In this document: positions 9,624-18,679 of the stretch, piece after piece
Layout: each line of letters starts with the position of its first letter
Position numbering within the stretch: the first letter of the stretch is position 1
Source of the DNA: Planctomycetota bacterium
Lineage (GTDB): Bacteria > Planctomycetota > OFTM77
Direction of reading: 5' to 3'
DNA: 64,000 nucleotides
Assembly (NCBI GenBank): GCA_029260795.1
Contig: JAJDCO010000092.1
Coordinates: forward strand, 877 to 64,876
Notes under the pieces: model-generated
Database searches by the model: none
What the model saw: only the letters and a program-made list of their open reading frames with translations
Told to the model about the DNA's origin: nothing
Position numbers and translations under genes: made by a program

Positions 9624-10922
9624 ATGACAAGACGTAATGCGCTCACCGGCCAGTCGACCTGGAGTCGACGTCACGTGTTGCAACGGGGCCTCGGTGCCCT
9701 GGGGTTGATGGCAGCTTGGCCGTGGGCGGAGGTGTTCGCTCGCCGGCGAGCGGACGCGCCGGCACGCGCCGCCATCCAGATCTTCCTCGGAGGCGGTCTC
9801 AGCCACCTTGATACCTTCGACCCGAAGCCGTTCGCGCCCATCGAAGTGCGAGGCCCGTTCAAGACGGTGCCAGCCGGGAAGACGGGGGAGGAGTTCACCC
9901 AGCTCCTCGGTCGAACGGCCCGCATCGCGGATCGCATCGCCGTGATCCGATCCATGAGCCACGGTGAAGCCGCACACGAGCGCGGAACGCACAATATGCT
10001 GACGGGCTACCGTCCTTCGCCGGCGATCACATACCCGAGCCTTGGCTCGGTCGTGGCGCAGCAGCTCGGCGGGCGGAACAACCTGCCGCCCTACGTCGCG
10101 ATTCCCGACGCTCGCCAGGAGTTCCTCGGCACCGGCTACCTGAGCTCGGCGTATGCCGCCTTCAGCGTCGGAGGCGATCCCGCCGGGCGCAACTTCCGCG
10201 TTCGCGACCTCGCCTCGCCCGAAGGCGTCGACGGCGATCGGCTAGCGCGTCGCCGTCGACTCGTGACTGAGATCGACGAGCCCTTCGAAGCGACGGCCAC
10301 CGACGACGCGCTCGACGCGACCGACGCCTTCTATGAGCAGGCCTATCAGCTCATCGAGTCGGAGTCGGCACGAACGGCCTTCGAGGTGGCCGCCGAGCCG
10401 GACGCGATCAAGAAGCGCTACGGCGGCGGTCTCGGACAGCGTCTCCTGCTGGCGCGCCGCCTGGTCGAAGCGGGAGCTCGCTACGTCACCGTGCTCGATG
10501 GTGGCTACGACAACCATCAGAACCTGGGCCGGACGCTGCCGCGCAAGATGGGGCAGCTGGATCAGGGTTACTCGGCTCTCCTCAGCGATCTCGCAGAGCG
10601 AAAGCTGCTCGACTCCACGCTCGTCCTGCTGACGACCGAGTTCGGACGGACCCCGCGCATGAACGCGACCGAAGGCCGAGATCATTGGCCCAAGGTCTTC
10701 TCGGTCGCCCTCGCCGGCGGTGGAGTCCGGGGAGGGGTGATCCACGGAGCCTCGAATGCGAATGGCAGCGAGCCCGACTCGGACGCGGTCTCACCCCCGG
10801 ATCTCGCGGCAACCGTGTTCACCCAGCTCGGCATCGACCCGACCCAGCGCTTGCTGAGCCCGGGTGATCGTCCCATCGACATCGTGCGCGGCGGTCGCGT
10901 TCTGACGGAGCTGCTGGCGTGA
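9624..10922 (+). CDS. DUF1501 family protein (sulfatase-fold, Tat signal), planctomycete PSD1-partner family
   Basis: Twin-arginine signal SRRHVLQRGLGALGLMAAWPWA, IFLGGGLSHLDTFDPKP, C-terminal GRDHWP...PDLAATVF typical of DUF1501. ATG 9624 preceded by GAGGT. Confidence 0.8.
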   Translation: MTRRNALTGQSTWSRRHVLQRGLGALGLMAAWPWAEVFARRRADAPARAAIQIFLGGGLSHLDTFDPKPFAPIEVRGPFKTVPAGKTGEEFTQLLGRTARIADRIAVIRSMSHGEAAHERGTHNMLTGYRPSPAITYPSLGSVVAQQLGGRNNLPPYVAIPDARQEFLGTGYLSSAYAAFSVGGDPAGRNFRVRDLASPEGVDGDRLARRRRLVTEIDEPFEATATDDALDATDAFYEQAYQLIESESARTAFEVAAEPDAIKKRYGGGLGQRLLLARRLVEAGARYVTVLDGGYDNHQNLGRTLPRKMGQLDQGYSALLSDLAERKLLDSTLVLLTTEFGRTPRMNATEGRDHWPKVFSVALAGGGVRGGVIHGASNANGSEPDSDAVSPPDLAATVFTQLGIDPTQRLLSPGDRPIDIVRGGRVLTELLA

Positions 10923-13810
10923 CGGGTGACCTTCGACCTCGCTGGCGAGTCCTGCTCGGTCTGCTCCTCACGTGCCTCGTCACTGTACCGCTCGCAAGCG
11001 GTGCCGATCCGTTGCTCGAGACGCTCGTCCCTCGGGGGGGCCAAGTCGGCACCGAGGTGGATGTCGTCGTGATCGGTCAACGCTTGGCTGCTGCAAAGGA
11101 GCTGCTGTGGTTCCGGACCGGCATCGAGGTGGTGTCGATCGAGAACGAGAACGATCGACGCGTGCGCGTGCGGTTGAGGATCGCGGCCGATTGCCCGCTC
11201 GGTGAGCATCCCGTGGCCCTGCGAACCGCAGCCGGACTGACCGAGATCGAGACGTTCCATGTCGGAGCGCTACCCGAGATCAACGAGCAAGAGCCGAACG
11301 GCGACACCGAGACCGCGCAACCGATCCCACTCGACGTGACGGTCAACGGTGTGGTCACGGCCGAGGACGTCGATCGCTACACGCTCGAGATCGCCGAGCC
11401 GATGGCGCTGACCGTGGACGTCGCGGGGCTGCGTCTGGGAGATACCCCATTCGATCCGCACTTGACGGTCCTCGGGCCGCAAGGCGAGACGCTGCTGATC
11501 GTCGATGACACGCCGTTCGGGCGCCTCGACCCGGTCGGTCGGGTCGTGATCGAGAAGCCTGGGTCGATTCAGCTCGTGGTCCGCGAGTCGGCCTACGGCG
11601 GCAGCGATCGCTGTCACTACCGTCTGCATGTCGGCCAGTTTCCCCTCGCCCGCGCCGCCGTACCCGCCAGCGTCCGGCTGGGCGAAGAGAGTGCCGTGCA
11701 GTTCGTCGGAGAGGGCTCCGTGTGGGACCAGGTCGTCACGGGCGTCGAGCCGGGGCGAGGGACCGTGGACTGGTTCGTGCGAGACGGGCGAGGCGTCGCG
11801 ACCTCTCCGATTCGGTTGGTGGTTTCCCAGATGCCGACGGTGGTCGAGGCCGAGCCGGCCACTTGGCAAGTGCGTGCTTCGGCATGGCGTCTGGCGGGCC
11901 CTTTCCCCAATCCGCCCGGCGAGGGGGAGGTGGGACAGGGGCATGCTGCCGTGCACCCTCCCGAGACCGAGCTCGCCCTCGAGGCGACCTATCCCGGCCG
12001 GGACGGAGAGGTGCGCTGGGTCGAGCACCCGGAGTTCGCCGACGGGAAGATCCACGACCTGACGAAGGAGATCCAGCCCAGCGATCACGCGCTGGTCTAT
12101 CTCTGGCGCCGCCTCGAGAGCCCGATCGAGCAGTCGGTTCCGATCGCGCTCGGGACCGACGACACGGTCAAGGTCTGGCTGAACGGCACGCTGCTGCACG
12201 AGCATGCGGCGGCGCGCGGGGTGCAGGCGGACGCCGACCACGTCATCCTTCCTTTGAAGAAAGGCTCCAATGATCTTCTCCTCAAAGTGACCAACGGCTC
12301 CGGCGGCTTCGGTTTCACGCTCCGCGGTACTCGGACCGGCTTCGCTCGTCGGTCGCAGCCCGTGCCGCTCCCGTGCGCGGCGCACGGTGTGATCGCTCAG
12401 CCCGGCGAGACGGATACCTTCCGCTTCTCGGCCGAGAAGGATCGCGAGCTGGAGTTTGTGGTCCGTGCCCGTGAGCTGCGCTCGCCGCTCGATGCCATCC
12501 TGCAAGTGCGGTCGCTCGACGGCCGCGGGCTCGTCGCCAACGACGATTCGGGTGGCCCCGATCCCCGGCTACGTTTCAAGCCTCCCGAGAGCGGAGAGTA
12601 CGTGCTCGCCATCTGGGACCACCTGCGCGATGGCGGTCCTGAGCACTTCTATCGTGTCGAGATCGATCGCCGCCGCGGTGAGCGGGGGCTGCGCGTCTCA
12701 GTGCCGGGACGCCCGGACGACCTGGCCGTTGCGGTTCCGCGGGGTGGCCGCATGGCGACCGTGCTGCGGCTCGATGGACTGGATCTGCGACGCGGCATTC
12801 GACCGGTCTTTTTCGGCCTGCCCGACGGGTTGACCGTTACCACCGGTGCGCTGCAAGGCGGCACGGTCCTCGTACCCGTCGTCTTCTCGGCCACGGCCGA
12901 GTCGACGCTCGCGGCCGCCGGCTTGAGCGTTCGTGCGCAGGAGGCCGCGGGGGACGCGCCCCTTCCCGTCGACTTCCTTCAGCGAGTTCCGCTGGTCAAG
13001 GTGGAGAACAATCAGACTTTCCTCGAGACCGAGGTCGATCGCTTGCCCGTGGCCGTCGTCGAGGCTTCACCGTTCATGGTCGACGTCGTGACACCCACGG
13101 TGCCGATCATCCAGGCGAGCCCACTGCCGCTCACGGTGCGTGTCACGCGCCGTGAAGGCTTCGCGGCGCCCGTTCGCGTGCGCCTCCTCTGGAACCCACC
13201 CGGGCTCTCCTCCGGGGAGGTCACCTTCAACGCGGAGGAGACCGAGAAGGTGCTGTCGATCAACGCGAATGGCAACGCGCGGGAAGGGACGTGGTCGATC
13301 GCGGCCATCGGTCGAGCCGACGCAGGCGGCGAGTGGGCCGTCAGCTCGGAGCTGGTGCCACTCGAGGTCTCGAAGCCCTGGATCCGAGCCCAGATCGGAA
13401 AGACGCGCGTCGAGCAGAGTCAAGCCACCGAGCTGGAGGTCTCCTTCGAGACGCTGCGAGACGGAATCGAGAGCTACGACGCACGCATCGTGAACCTCCC
13501 GCGCGAAGTGACGACCGAGTTCCCGAGCGTGGCCGCGGGATCGCACAAGATCGCCTACTCGTTGGCCGTCGGCGAGAAGGCGCCGCCGGGGCGGCACCAG
13601 AACCTGCTCCTGCTCTGCTCCGTTCCCAGCCCGGGCGGCGCGGTCGTGCACTACGTGCGCGGTGGCGAGCTACGCATCGACAAGCCACTGCCGCCCGAGC
13701 GGCGCAAGTCGCCGGCTCCGGCCGCGCCGAGCACCGAGGAGAAGCCGTCGACCGATGCGGCGACTCCGAAGAAGCCCGTCGTCGGAACGCTGACCAAGCC
13801 GAAGACGTGA
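10919..13810 (+). CDS. Large secreted multi-domain protein (963 aa) with two pre-peptidase C-terminal (PPC)-like domains and a galactose-binding-like jelly-roll domain. Function unknown
   Basis: Signal peptide LLGLLLTCLVTVPLASGA. PPC-like D.DRYTLEI...LTVLGPQGETLLIVDD and GETDTFRFSAEKDRELEF...LAIWD. Jelly-roll-like VKVWLNGTLLHEH...LLLKVTNGSGGFGF. K/P-rich tail. GTG start overlaps the DUF1501 stop (GTGA). Confidence 0.5.
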   Translation: MTGDLRPRWRVLLGLLLTCLVTVPLASGADPLLETLVPRGGQVGTEVDVVVIGQRLAAAKELLWFRTGIEVVSIENENDRRVRVRLRIAADCPLGEHPVALRTAAGLTEIETFHVGALPEINEQEPNGDTETAQPIPLDVTVNGVVTAEDVDRYTLEIAEPMALTVDVAGLRLGDTPFDPHLTVLGPQGETLLIVDDTPFGRLDPVGRVVIEKPGSIQLVVRESAYGGSDRCHYRLHVGQFPLARAAVPASVRLGEESAVQFVGEGSVWDQVVTGVEPGRGTVDWFVRDGRGVATSPIRLVVSQMPTVVEAEPATWQVRASAWRLAGPFPNPPGEGEVGQGHAAVHPPETELALEATYPGRDGEVRWVEHPEFADGKIHDLTKEIQPSDHALVYLWRRLESPIEQSVPIALGTDDTVKVWLNGTLLHEHAAARGVQADADHVILPLKKGSNDLLLKVTNGSGGFGFTLRGTRTGFARRSQPVPLPCAAHGVIAQPGETDTFRFSAEKDRELEFVVRARELRSPLDAILQVRSLDGRGLVANDDSGGPDPRLRFKPPESGEYVLAIWDHLRDGGPEHFYRVEIDRRRGERGLRVSVPGRPDDLAVAVPRGGRMATVLRLDGLDLRRGIRPVFFGLPDGLTVTTGALQGGTVLVPVVFSATAESTLAAAGLSVRAQEAAGDAPLPVDFLQRVPLVKVENNQTFLETEVDRLPVAVVEASPFMVDVVTPTVPIIQASPLPLTVRVTRREGFAAPVRVRLLWNPPGLSSGEVTFNAEETEKVLSINANGNAREGTWSIAAIGRADAGGEWAVSSELVPLEVSKPWIRAQIGKTRVEQSQATELEVSFETLRDGIESYDARIVNLPREVTTEFPSVAAGSHKIAYSLAVGEKAPPGRHQNLLLLCSVPSPGGAVVHYVRGGELRIDKPLPPERRKSPAPAAPSTEEKPSTDAATPKKPVVGTLTKPKT

Positions 13811-13818
13811 GGGGCTTC

Positions 13819-16257
13819 ATGAAGATCCGCGACACTGCTCATGGCTGGCTTTGGCTCGCGTCGCTGCTTCTCGCCTCGACCGTGTCGGGTGCCGAGGAGC
13901 CGCTAGCGACCGCCGTTCGCCTCGAGGTCTTTCCCGATCGAATCCAGATCGATCATGGTGGGGATCACCCGCGTGTGATCGTCGTCGCGACCGACGCCAC
14001 CGGGCTCACGCGCGACGTGACCGCCGAGGTGAGCGTGACGGTCCGAGGGGAGGTCGTGACCTGGGATCCGGAGGGCCGGTGTCATCCGCGGCAAGACGGC
14101 GAAGGCCAGCTCGAGGTACGGCTAGGCGAGCTCCGGGTCGAGGTTCCGGTGGTGGTGCAAGACGCGGCGCGACCCCGTGCTGCCAGCTTCCATCGCGACG
14201 TGCTCCCGGTGTTGACGCGGGCCGGTTGCAACGGAGGGGCCTGCCACGGGAGCGCGGCCGGCAAGAACGGTTTCCGCCTCTCACTGTTCGGCTTCGATGC
14301 GACCGAAGATCACCGTCGACTGACGCGCGAGCTGCGTGGACGACGGATCGATCCCGCCGTGCCCGAGGGGAGCTTGCTGCTGACCAAGGCGACCACGCGC
14401 GTGACGCATCAGGGCGGCCAGCGGCTCCAAGAGGCTTCGCCCGGCTACGACACGCTGCTCCGATGGATCGCCGACGGCGCCCAGCGGGATGCCCCCGAGC
14501 GCGGTCTCTTGGTCGGGCTCGACGTCGCTCCGGCTCAGCTCGTGCTCGGAGGGCCCGATTGGAAGCAGCAGCTCGTCGTGCGGGCTCGATACGCCGACGG
14601 ATCCGATCGCGATGTGACCGATCTGGCGTTGCTGAGCTCGAGCAACGACGAGTCGGCGGCCGTTTCGGCGGACGGGCAAGTGACGTCGGGACGACCGGGC
14701 GAAGCGTACGTCATGGCTCGCTTCGGAACGCTGGCCGAGGTGTCGCAGGTCCTCGTGTTGGCCGACAGCGCGGCTGCGATCTGGCCCGACGTTCCCGAGC
14801 TGCATCCGATCGATGCCTTCGTGCACGACAAGCTGAAGAAGATGCGCCAGGTTCCGGCCGACGTCTGCTCCGACGAGGTCTTCCTGCGCCGGGTCAGCCT
14901 CGACGTCTTGGGCCTGCTCCCGACCGCAGCCGAGGTCACGACGTTCCTGGCGGACACGGCGCCGGACAAGCGGGCTAGCCTCGTCGACTCGCTGCTCGGA
15001 CGCCCCGAGTTCTCCGACGTGTGGGCGATGCAGTGGGCCGAGGTGCTCCGGGTCGAGTCCGAGCGACTCGAGCCGAAAGGGATGTATCTCTACACGCAGT
15101 ACTTGCGTGAAGCCTTCGCTCGAGACGTGCCGATCGATCAGCTCGTCAGAGACTTGCTGACGAGCCAGGGCGGCAACTTCACGCAGCCAGCCGCCAACTT
15201 CTACCTGACCGAGCGTGACCCCAAGTCGATTGCCGAGAACGTCGCGCAGGTCTTCCTGGGGATCCGGATCCAGTGCGCCCAGTGCCATAATCACCCCTTC
15301 GAGCGCTGGACGATGGACGACTACTACAGCTTCGCAGCGTTCTTCGGGCGCATCGGTACCAAGCGCGCCGAGGATCCCCGTGAGACGATCGTGTCGACGC
15401 GTGGCAGTGGGGAGGTGCGTCACGCCCGGGACAATCGCGTGATGCCGCCGAAGTTCCTCGGGGGCGCGGTGCCCGAGATCGCACGCTCTGCGGACCGACG
15501 GGCCGTGCTGGCCGAGTGGCTCACCTCGCCCAACAACCCCTGGTTTGCCGCCAACATCGCGAACCGGGTCTGGGCTCGCTTCTTCGGGCGCGGTCTGGTC
15601 GAGCCGGTCGACGACGTGCGCGTCAGCAATCCTCCCTCGCATCCGGAGCTGCATCGCTGGTTGGGACGGCGACTCGTCGAGACCGGCTATGATCTCCGCG
15701 CGCTCATTCGCGACATCACCGCTTCGCGTACCTATCAGCTGGCGGCGCGTCCCGATGAGCTTCCGAGCTCCGCCTACGCCAAGGCGCCGGTGCGGCGGTT
15801 GAGTGCCGAGCAGCTTCTCGAAGCGATCGGCCGGGTCGCCGGCGTGCCGACGAAGTTCCGCGGCTTGCCGCTGGGCGCGCGCGCGACGCAGGTCGCGGGT
15901 GGTCGATCGAACAGCTACTTCCTCGATACCTTCGGACGGCCGCGTCGCACCAGCCCGTGCGCGTGCGAGCGACGTTCCGAGCCGACCTTGGGACAGGCCC
16001 TGCACCTGATCAATGGCCCGACCGTCGAGCGGAAGCTGCGCGCGAAGTCGGGCCGCCTGCAGCGCTTGCTCGCCAGCGAGGCGCCGGACGGGGTGATCCT
16101 CGAGGACCTTTGGCGGGCGGCCTACGCGCGTTCGCCTCGGGTCGACGAGCGAGAGCGCTGGCTGGCCGAGCTCGCCGCGGCGCCGGATCGCGCCTCGATG
16201 CTCGAGGACTTGTTCTGGGCGGTGCTGAACTCCAAGGAATTCCTCTTCAACCATTGA
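13819..16257 (+). CDS. PSCyt2 (DUF1549) + PSD1 (DUF1553) protein with an N-terminal BIG2-like Ig domain
   Basis: Cys-rich CNGGACHG block, FLRRVSLDVLGLLPT...LLGRPEFSDVWAMQWAEVLRV (DUF1549), NIANRVWARFFGRGLVEPVDD and C-terminal WAVLNSKEFLFNH (DUF1553). Signal peptide. ATG 13819 lies 8 nt after the previous stop. Confidence 0.85.
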   Translation: MKIRDTAHGWLWLASLLLASTVSGAEEPLATAVRLEVFPDRIQIDHGGDHPRVIVVATDATGLTRDVTAEVSVTVRGEVVTWDPEGRCHPRQDGEGQLEVRLGELRVEVPVVVQDAARPRAASFHRDVLPVLTRAGCNGGACHGSAAGKNGFRLSLFGFDATEDHRRLTRELRGRRIDPAVPEGSLLLTKATTRVTHQGGQRLQEASPGYDTLLRWIADGAQRDAPERGLLVGLDVAPAQLVLGGPDWKQQLVVRARYADGSDRDVTDLALLSSSNDESAAVSADGQVTSGRPGEAYVMARFGTLAEVSQVLVLADSAAAIWPDVPELHPIDAFVHDKLKKMRQVPADVCSDEVFLRRVSLDVLGLLPTAAEVTTFLADTAPDKRASLVDSLLGRPEFSDVWAMQWAEVLRVESERLEPKGMYLYTQYLREAFARDVPIDQLVRDLLTSQGGNFTQPAANFYLTERDPKSIAENVAQVFLGIRIQCAQCHNHPFERWTMDDYYSFAAFFGRIGTKRAEDPRETIVSTRGSGEVRHARDNRVMPPKFLGGAVPEIARSADRRAVLAEWLTSPNNPWFAANIANRVWARFFGRGLVEPVDDVRVSNPPSHPELHRWLGRRLVETGYDLRALIRDITASRTYQLAARPDELPSSAYAKAPVRRLSAEQLLEAIGRVAGVPTKFRGLPLGARATQVAGGRSNSYFLDTFGRPRRTSPCACERRSEPTLGQALHLINGPTVERKLRAKSGRLQRLLASEAPDGVILEDLWRAAYARSPRVDERERWLAELAAAPDRASMLEDLFWAVLNSKEFLFNH

Positions 16258-16265
16258 GTCCCCTC

Positions 16266-18110
16266 ATGTCCGAAACTCCACTCGCTCGACGGCCTCACGG
16301 TCACCGCCGCTTGCTCTGGTTGGTCGTCCTCATCGTCGGGCTCGGCGCTTTCTCGGCCGCACAGGCTCAGGAGGATCCTGCTCCGACCGTCGATCCGCTC
16401 CAGAAGCTCGAGGCATTGCTCAACGAGCTGAAGCAGACGGATCCCAAGGCCTGGGACGCCAAGGTCGTCAGCCTCCAGCAGGCGATCGAGCAGAAGAAGG
16501 CACAAGCCCAGCAGCTGCGCGAGCAAGCCAAGCAGCTCGAGGCGCAGGCGGCTCGGGCGGAGCAGGAAGCGCTCGCCATCGCTGGAAGCATCGAGCGGTT
16601 GCAGAAGCTCCGTCAGCTCATCGAGCCGATGGGCGCGCCTCCCAAGGCCGCACCGAAGGGCGAGAAGCCTGCTCCTGCCATGGCACCCCAGGAGGCGTCG
16701 GGCGGAGCCAAGCCGGCCAGCGCGGCCGCAGCCCCCAAGATGATGGCAGCTTCAAAACCATCTGAGGGCGCGGCGGCCGAGACCGAGAAGGTCGTCCTCA
16801 ACTTCGAGGATCACGTGCTCACGATCTTCGAGTCGCACTGCGTCGGTTGCCACAACCCCGACGACCTGGCAGGCAGCCTCGACCTGACGAGCCACACGAC
16901 GCTGCTCGACGGCGGCGGCTCGGGTGCGGTCGTGGCCCCCGGAGATCCCGAGGGAAGCCGGCTCTATCGGTTGGTGGCTCATCTCGACACTCCAACCATG
17001 CCGCCCGAGCAGAGCAAGATCCCCGACGAGCAGATCGCGACCCTCCGGGCCTGGCTGGCCCAGGGGGCGGCGGCCGACGCGGGAGCCGCCCAGAAGGCGG
17101 CCGAGATGACCGTCGCCAAGCCGGTTGCCCCGGTCGGCCCGGTGGCACCTCGCCTCGAGGGTCCCCCTCCGATGCCCGAAGATGTCGCCGGCGCGGACCT
17201 CAAGACGGCCCGACGCCCACCGATCGCGGGCTGCCTCGCCGCCAGCCCGCGCGCTCCCTTGATCGCCGTCCCGGGGCTGGAGCAGGTGCTGCTCTATCAC
17301 TCGGAGAGCCTGGTGCTGCTCACCGTCTTGCCCTTTCCGCTCGGCCGCGTGAACGTGCTGCGCTTCACGGTCGACGGAACGCGACTGCTCGCGGCCGGGG
17401 GCATCGGCGGCCGAAAAGGTGGCGCCGTTCTCTATGACGTGCGGTCGGGCCAGATCGTGGCCGAGGTCGGCAAGGAGTACGACGAGGTGCTCGCGGCCGC
17501 CATCAGCCCGGGGCAGTCGTTGATCGCGATCGGCGGACCGAGCCGGAAGGTCCGGGTCTTCGAGACGGCGTCCGGCGAGCTGCGCTACCAGCTGGATGCT
17601 CACCAAGACTGGGTGCTGTCGGTCGACATCAGTCCGGACGGCAACTGGCTCGCGAGCGCTGATCGCTCGGGCGTCGCCTTCGTCTGGCAGGCCGACACAG
17701 GACGAGACGTCCACGTGCTGCGCGGGCATACCGGCGCCATTCAGCGAGCGCGGTTCCGGCCCGACGCCCAGCAGCTCGCGACCGTGAGCGACGACGGGAC
17801 GATTCGGCGCTGGGAGCTCGGTGACGGCAAGATGGTCGGTAACACCAACGCGCATGGCGGTGGTGTGCTGGGCTTCTGCTGGCGCGGGACGGAGTGGGCC
17901 TCGTGCGGGGCCGATGGTGCCGTGAAGCTCTGGGATGCGGCGGGCAACGGGCAAGGCGCGTTGCCTCCACTCGAGGACTGGTTGTACGCGGTCGCCACGG
18001 ACGCGAGCGGTGGTCGGCTCTTCGTGGGAGGCTGGGACGGACGCGTGCGTGTGTACGCGTCGGACACTCGTCAACCGATCGGCGAGCTCGGAGTCCCGAG
18101 CAGCCTTTGA
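16266..18110 (+). CDS. PSCyt1 (planctomycete cytochrome c-like) domain + coiled coil + WD40 beta-propeller protein
   Basis: ESHCVGCHNPDDLAGSLDLTS...DTPTMPPE is PSCyt1 with a CxxCH. Q/A/E coiled coil. WD40 repeats (LRGHTGAIQRARFRPD, ATVSDDGTIRRWEL, GADGAVKLWD). Signal/TM at the N-terminus. Starts 8 nt after the PSD1 stop. Confidence 0.75.
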   Translation: MSETPLARRPHGHRRLLWLVVLIVGLGAFSAAQAQEDPAPTVDPLQKLEALLNELKQTDPKAWDAKVVSLQQAIEQKKAQAQQLREQAKQLEAQAARAEQEALAIAGSIERLQKLRQLIEPMGAPPKAAPKGEKPAPAMAPQEASGGAKPASAAAAPKMMAASKPSEGAAAETEKVVLNFEDHVLTIFESHCVGCHNPDDLAGSLDLTSHTTLLDGGGSGAVVAPGDPEGSRLYRLVAHLDTPTMPPEQSKIPDEQIATLRAWLAQGAAADAGAAQKAAEMTVAKPVAPVGPVAPRLEGPPPMPEDVAGADLKTARRPPIAGCLAASPRAPLIAVPGLEQVLLYHSESLVLLTVLPFPLGRVNVLRFTVDGTRLLAAGGIGGRKGGAVLYDVRSGQIVAEVGKEYDEVLAAAISPGQSLIAIGGPSRKVRVFETASGELRYQLDAHQDWVLSVDISPDGNWLASADRSGVAFVWQADTGRDVHVLRGHTGAIQRARFRPDAQQLATVSDDGTIRRWELGDGKMVGNTNAHGGGVLGFCWRGTEWASCGADGAVKLWDAAGNGQGALPPLEDWLYAVATDASGGRLFVGGWDGRVRVYASDTRQPIGELGVPSSL

Positions 18111-18193
18111 GGGCTTCCAACGGGCGCTCGATGCTGGCCGAGGACAGCCCGGGTCTGTTAGCCTGCCGGCGACGATCTTCAGTGAGGTGAACG

Positions 18194-18673
18194 ATGATGC
18201 ATTGGCTGGGCTGGCTGCTCGTGCTCGTCCTGACGACGGGATGCGAGTGGTCGATGAAGAACTCGACGACTCCGGTGGACGAGGAGCCCGATCGGGTGGA
18301 GAGTTCGACGTTCGAGACGCTCCTGCGCGGCGATCAATGTGGCGTCGAAGAGGCGCGGCAGATCTTCGTGCGCGATGAGGATGCGTGGAAGGATCTCTGG
18401 GACGAGTTCACGAGCATCCAGACACCGGCCGATCCTCGTCCGATGATCGACTTCTCCAAGCACATGGTCATCGGCGTCTTTCTCGGTTCGCGAAGCAGCA
18501 GCGGATACGGCGTCGAGATCGTCGAGGTCTCATCGGTCGGTGACGCGTTGCGCGTGACGAGTCGGGTGAGCGAGCCGGACCCGGGCGGCATGATGCTGAC
18601 AGTCATCACGCATCCCTATCACCTCGTGCGACTCGATCTGCACGAGGGGCCGATTCAGTTCGAGACGCGCTGA
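18194..18673 (+). CDS. Lipoprotein with PrcB_C-like domain
   Basis: Lipobox LVLVLTTGC. C-terminal MVIGVFLGSRSSSGYGVEIVEV...VITHPYHLVRL matches the PrcB C-terminal domain pattern (G.k.TgGY...TqPyh.v.v). Confidence 0.45.
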   Translation: MMHWLGWLLVLVLTTGCEWSMKNSTTPVDEEPDRVESSTFETLLRGDQCGVEEARQIFVRDEDAWKDLWDEFTSIQTPADPRPMIDFSKHMVIGVFLGSRSSSGYGVEIVEVSSVGDALRVTSRVSEPDPGGMMLTVITHPYHLVRLDLHEGPIQFETR

Positions 18674-18679
18674 CGCTCG

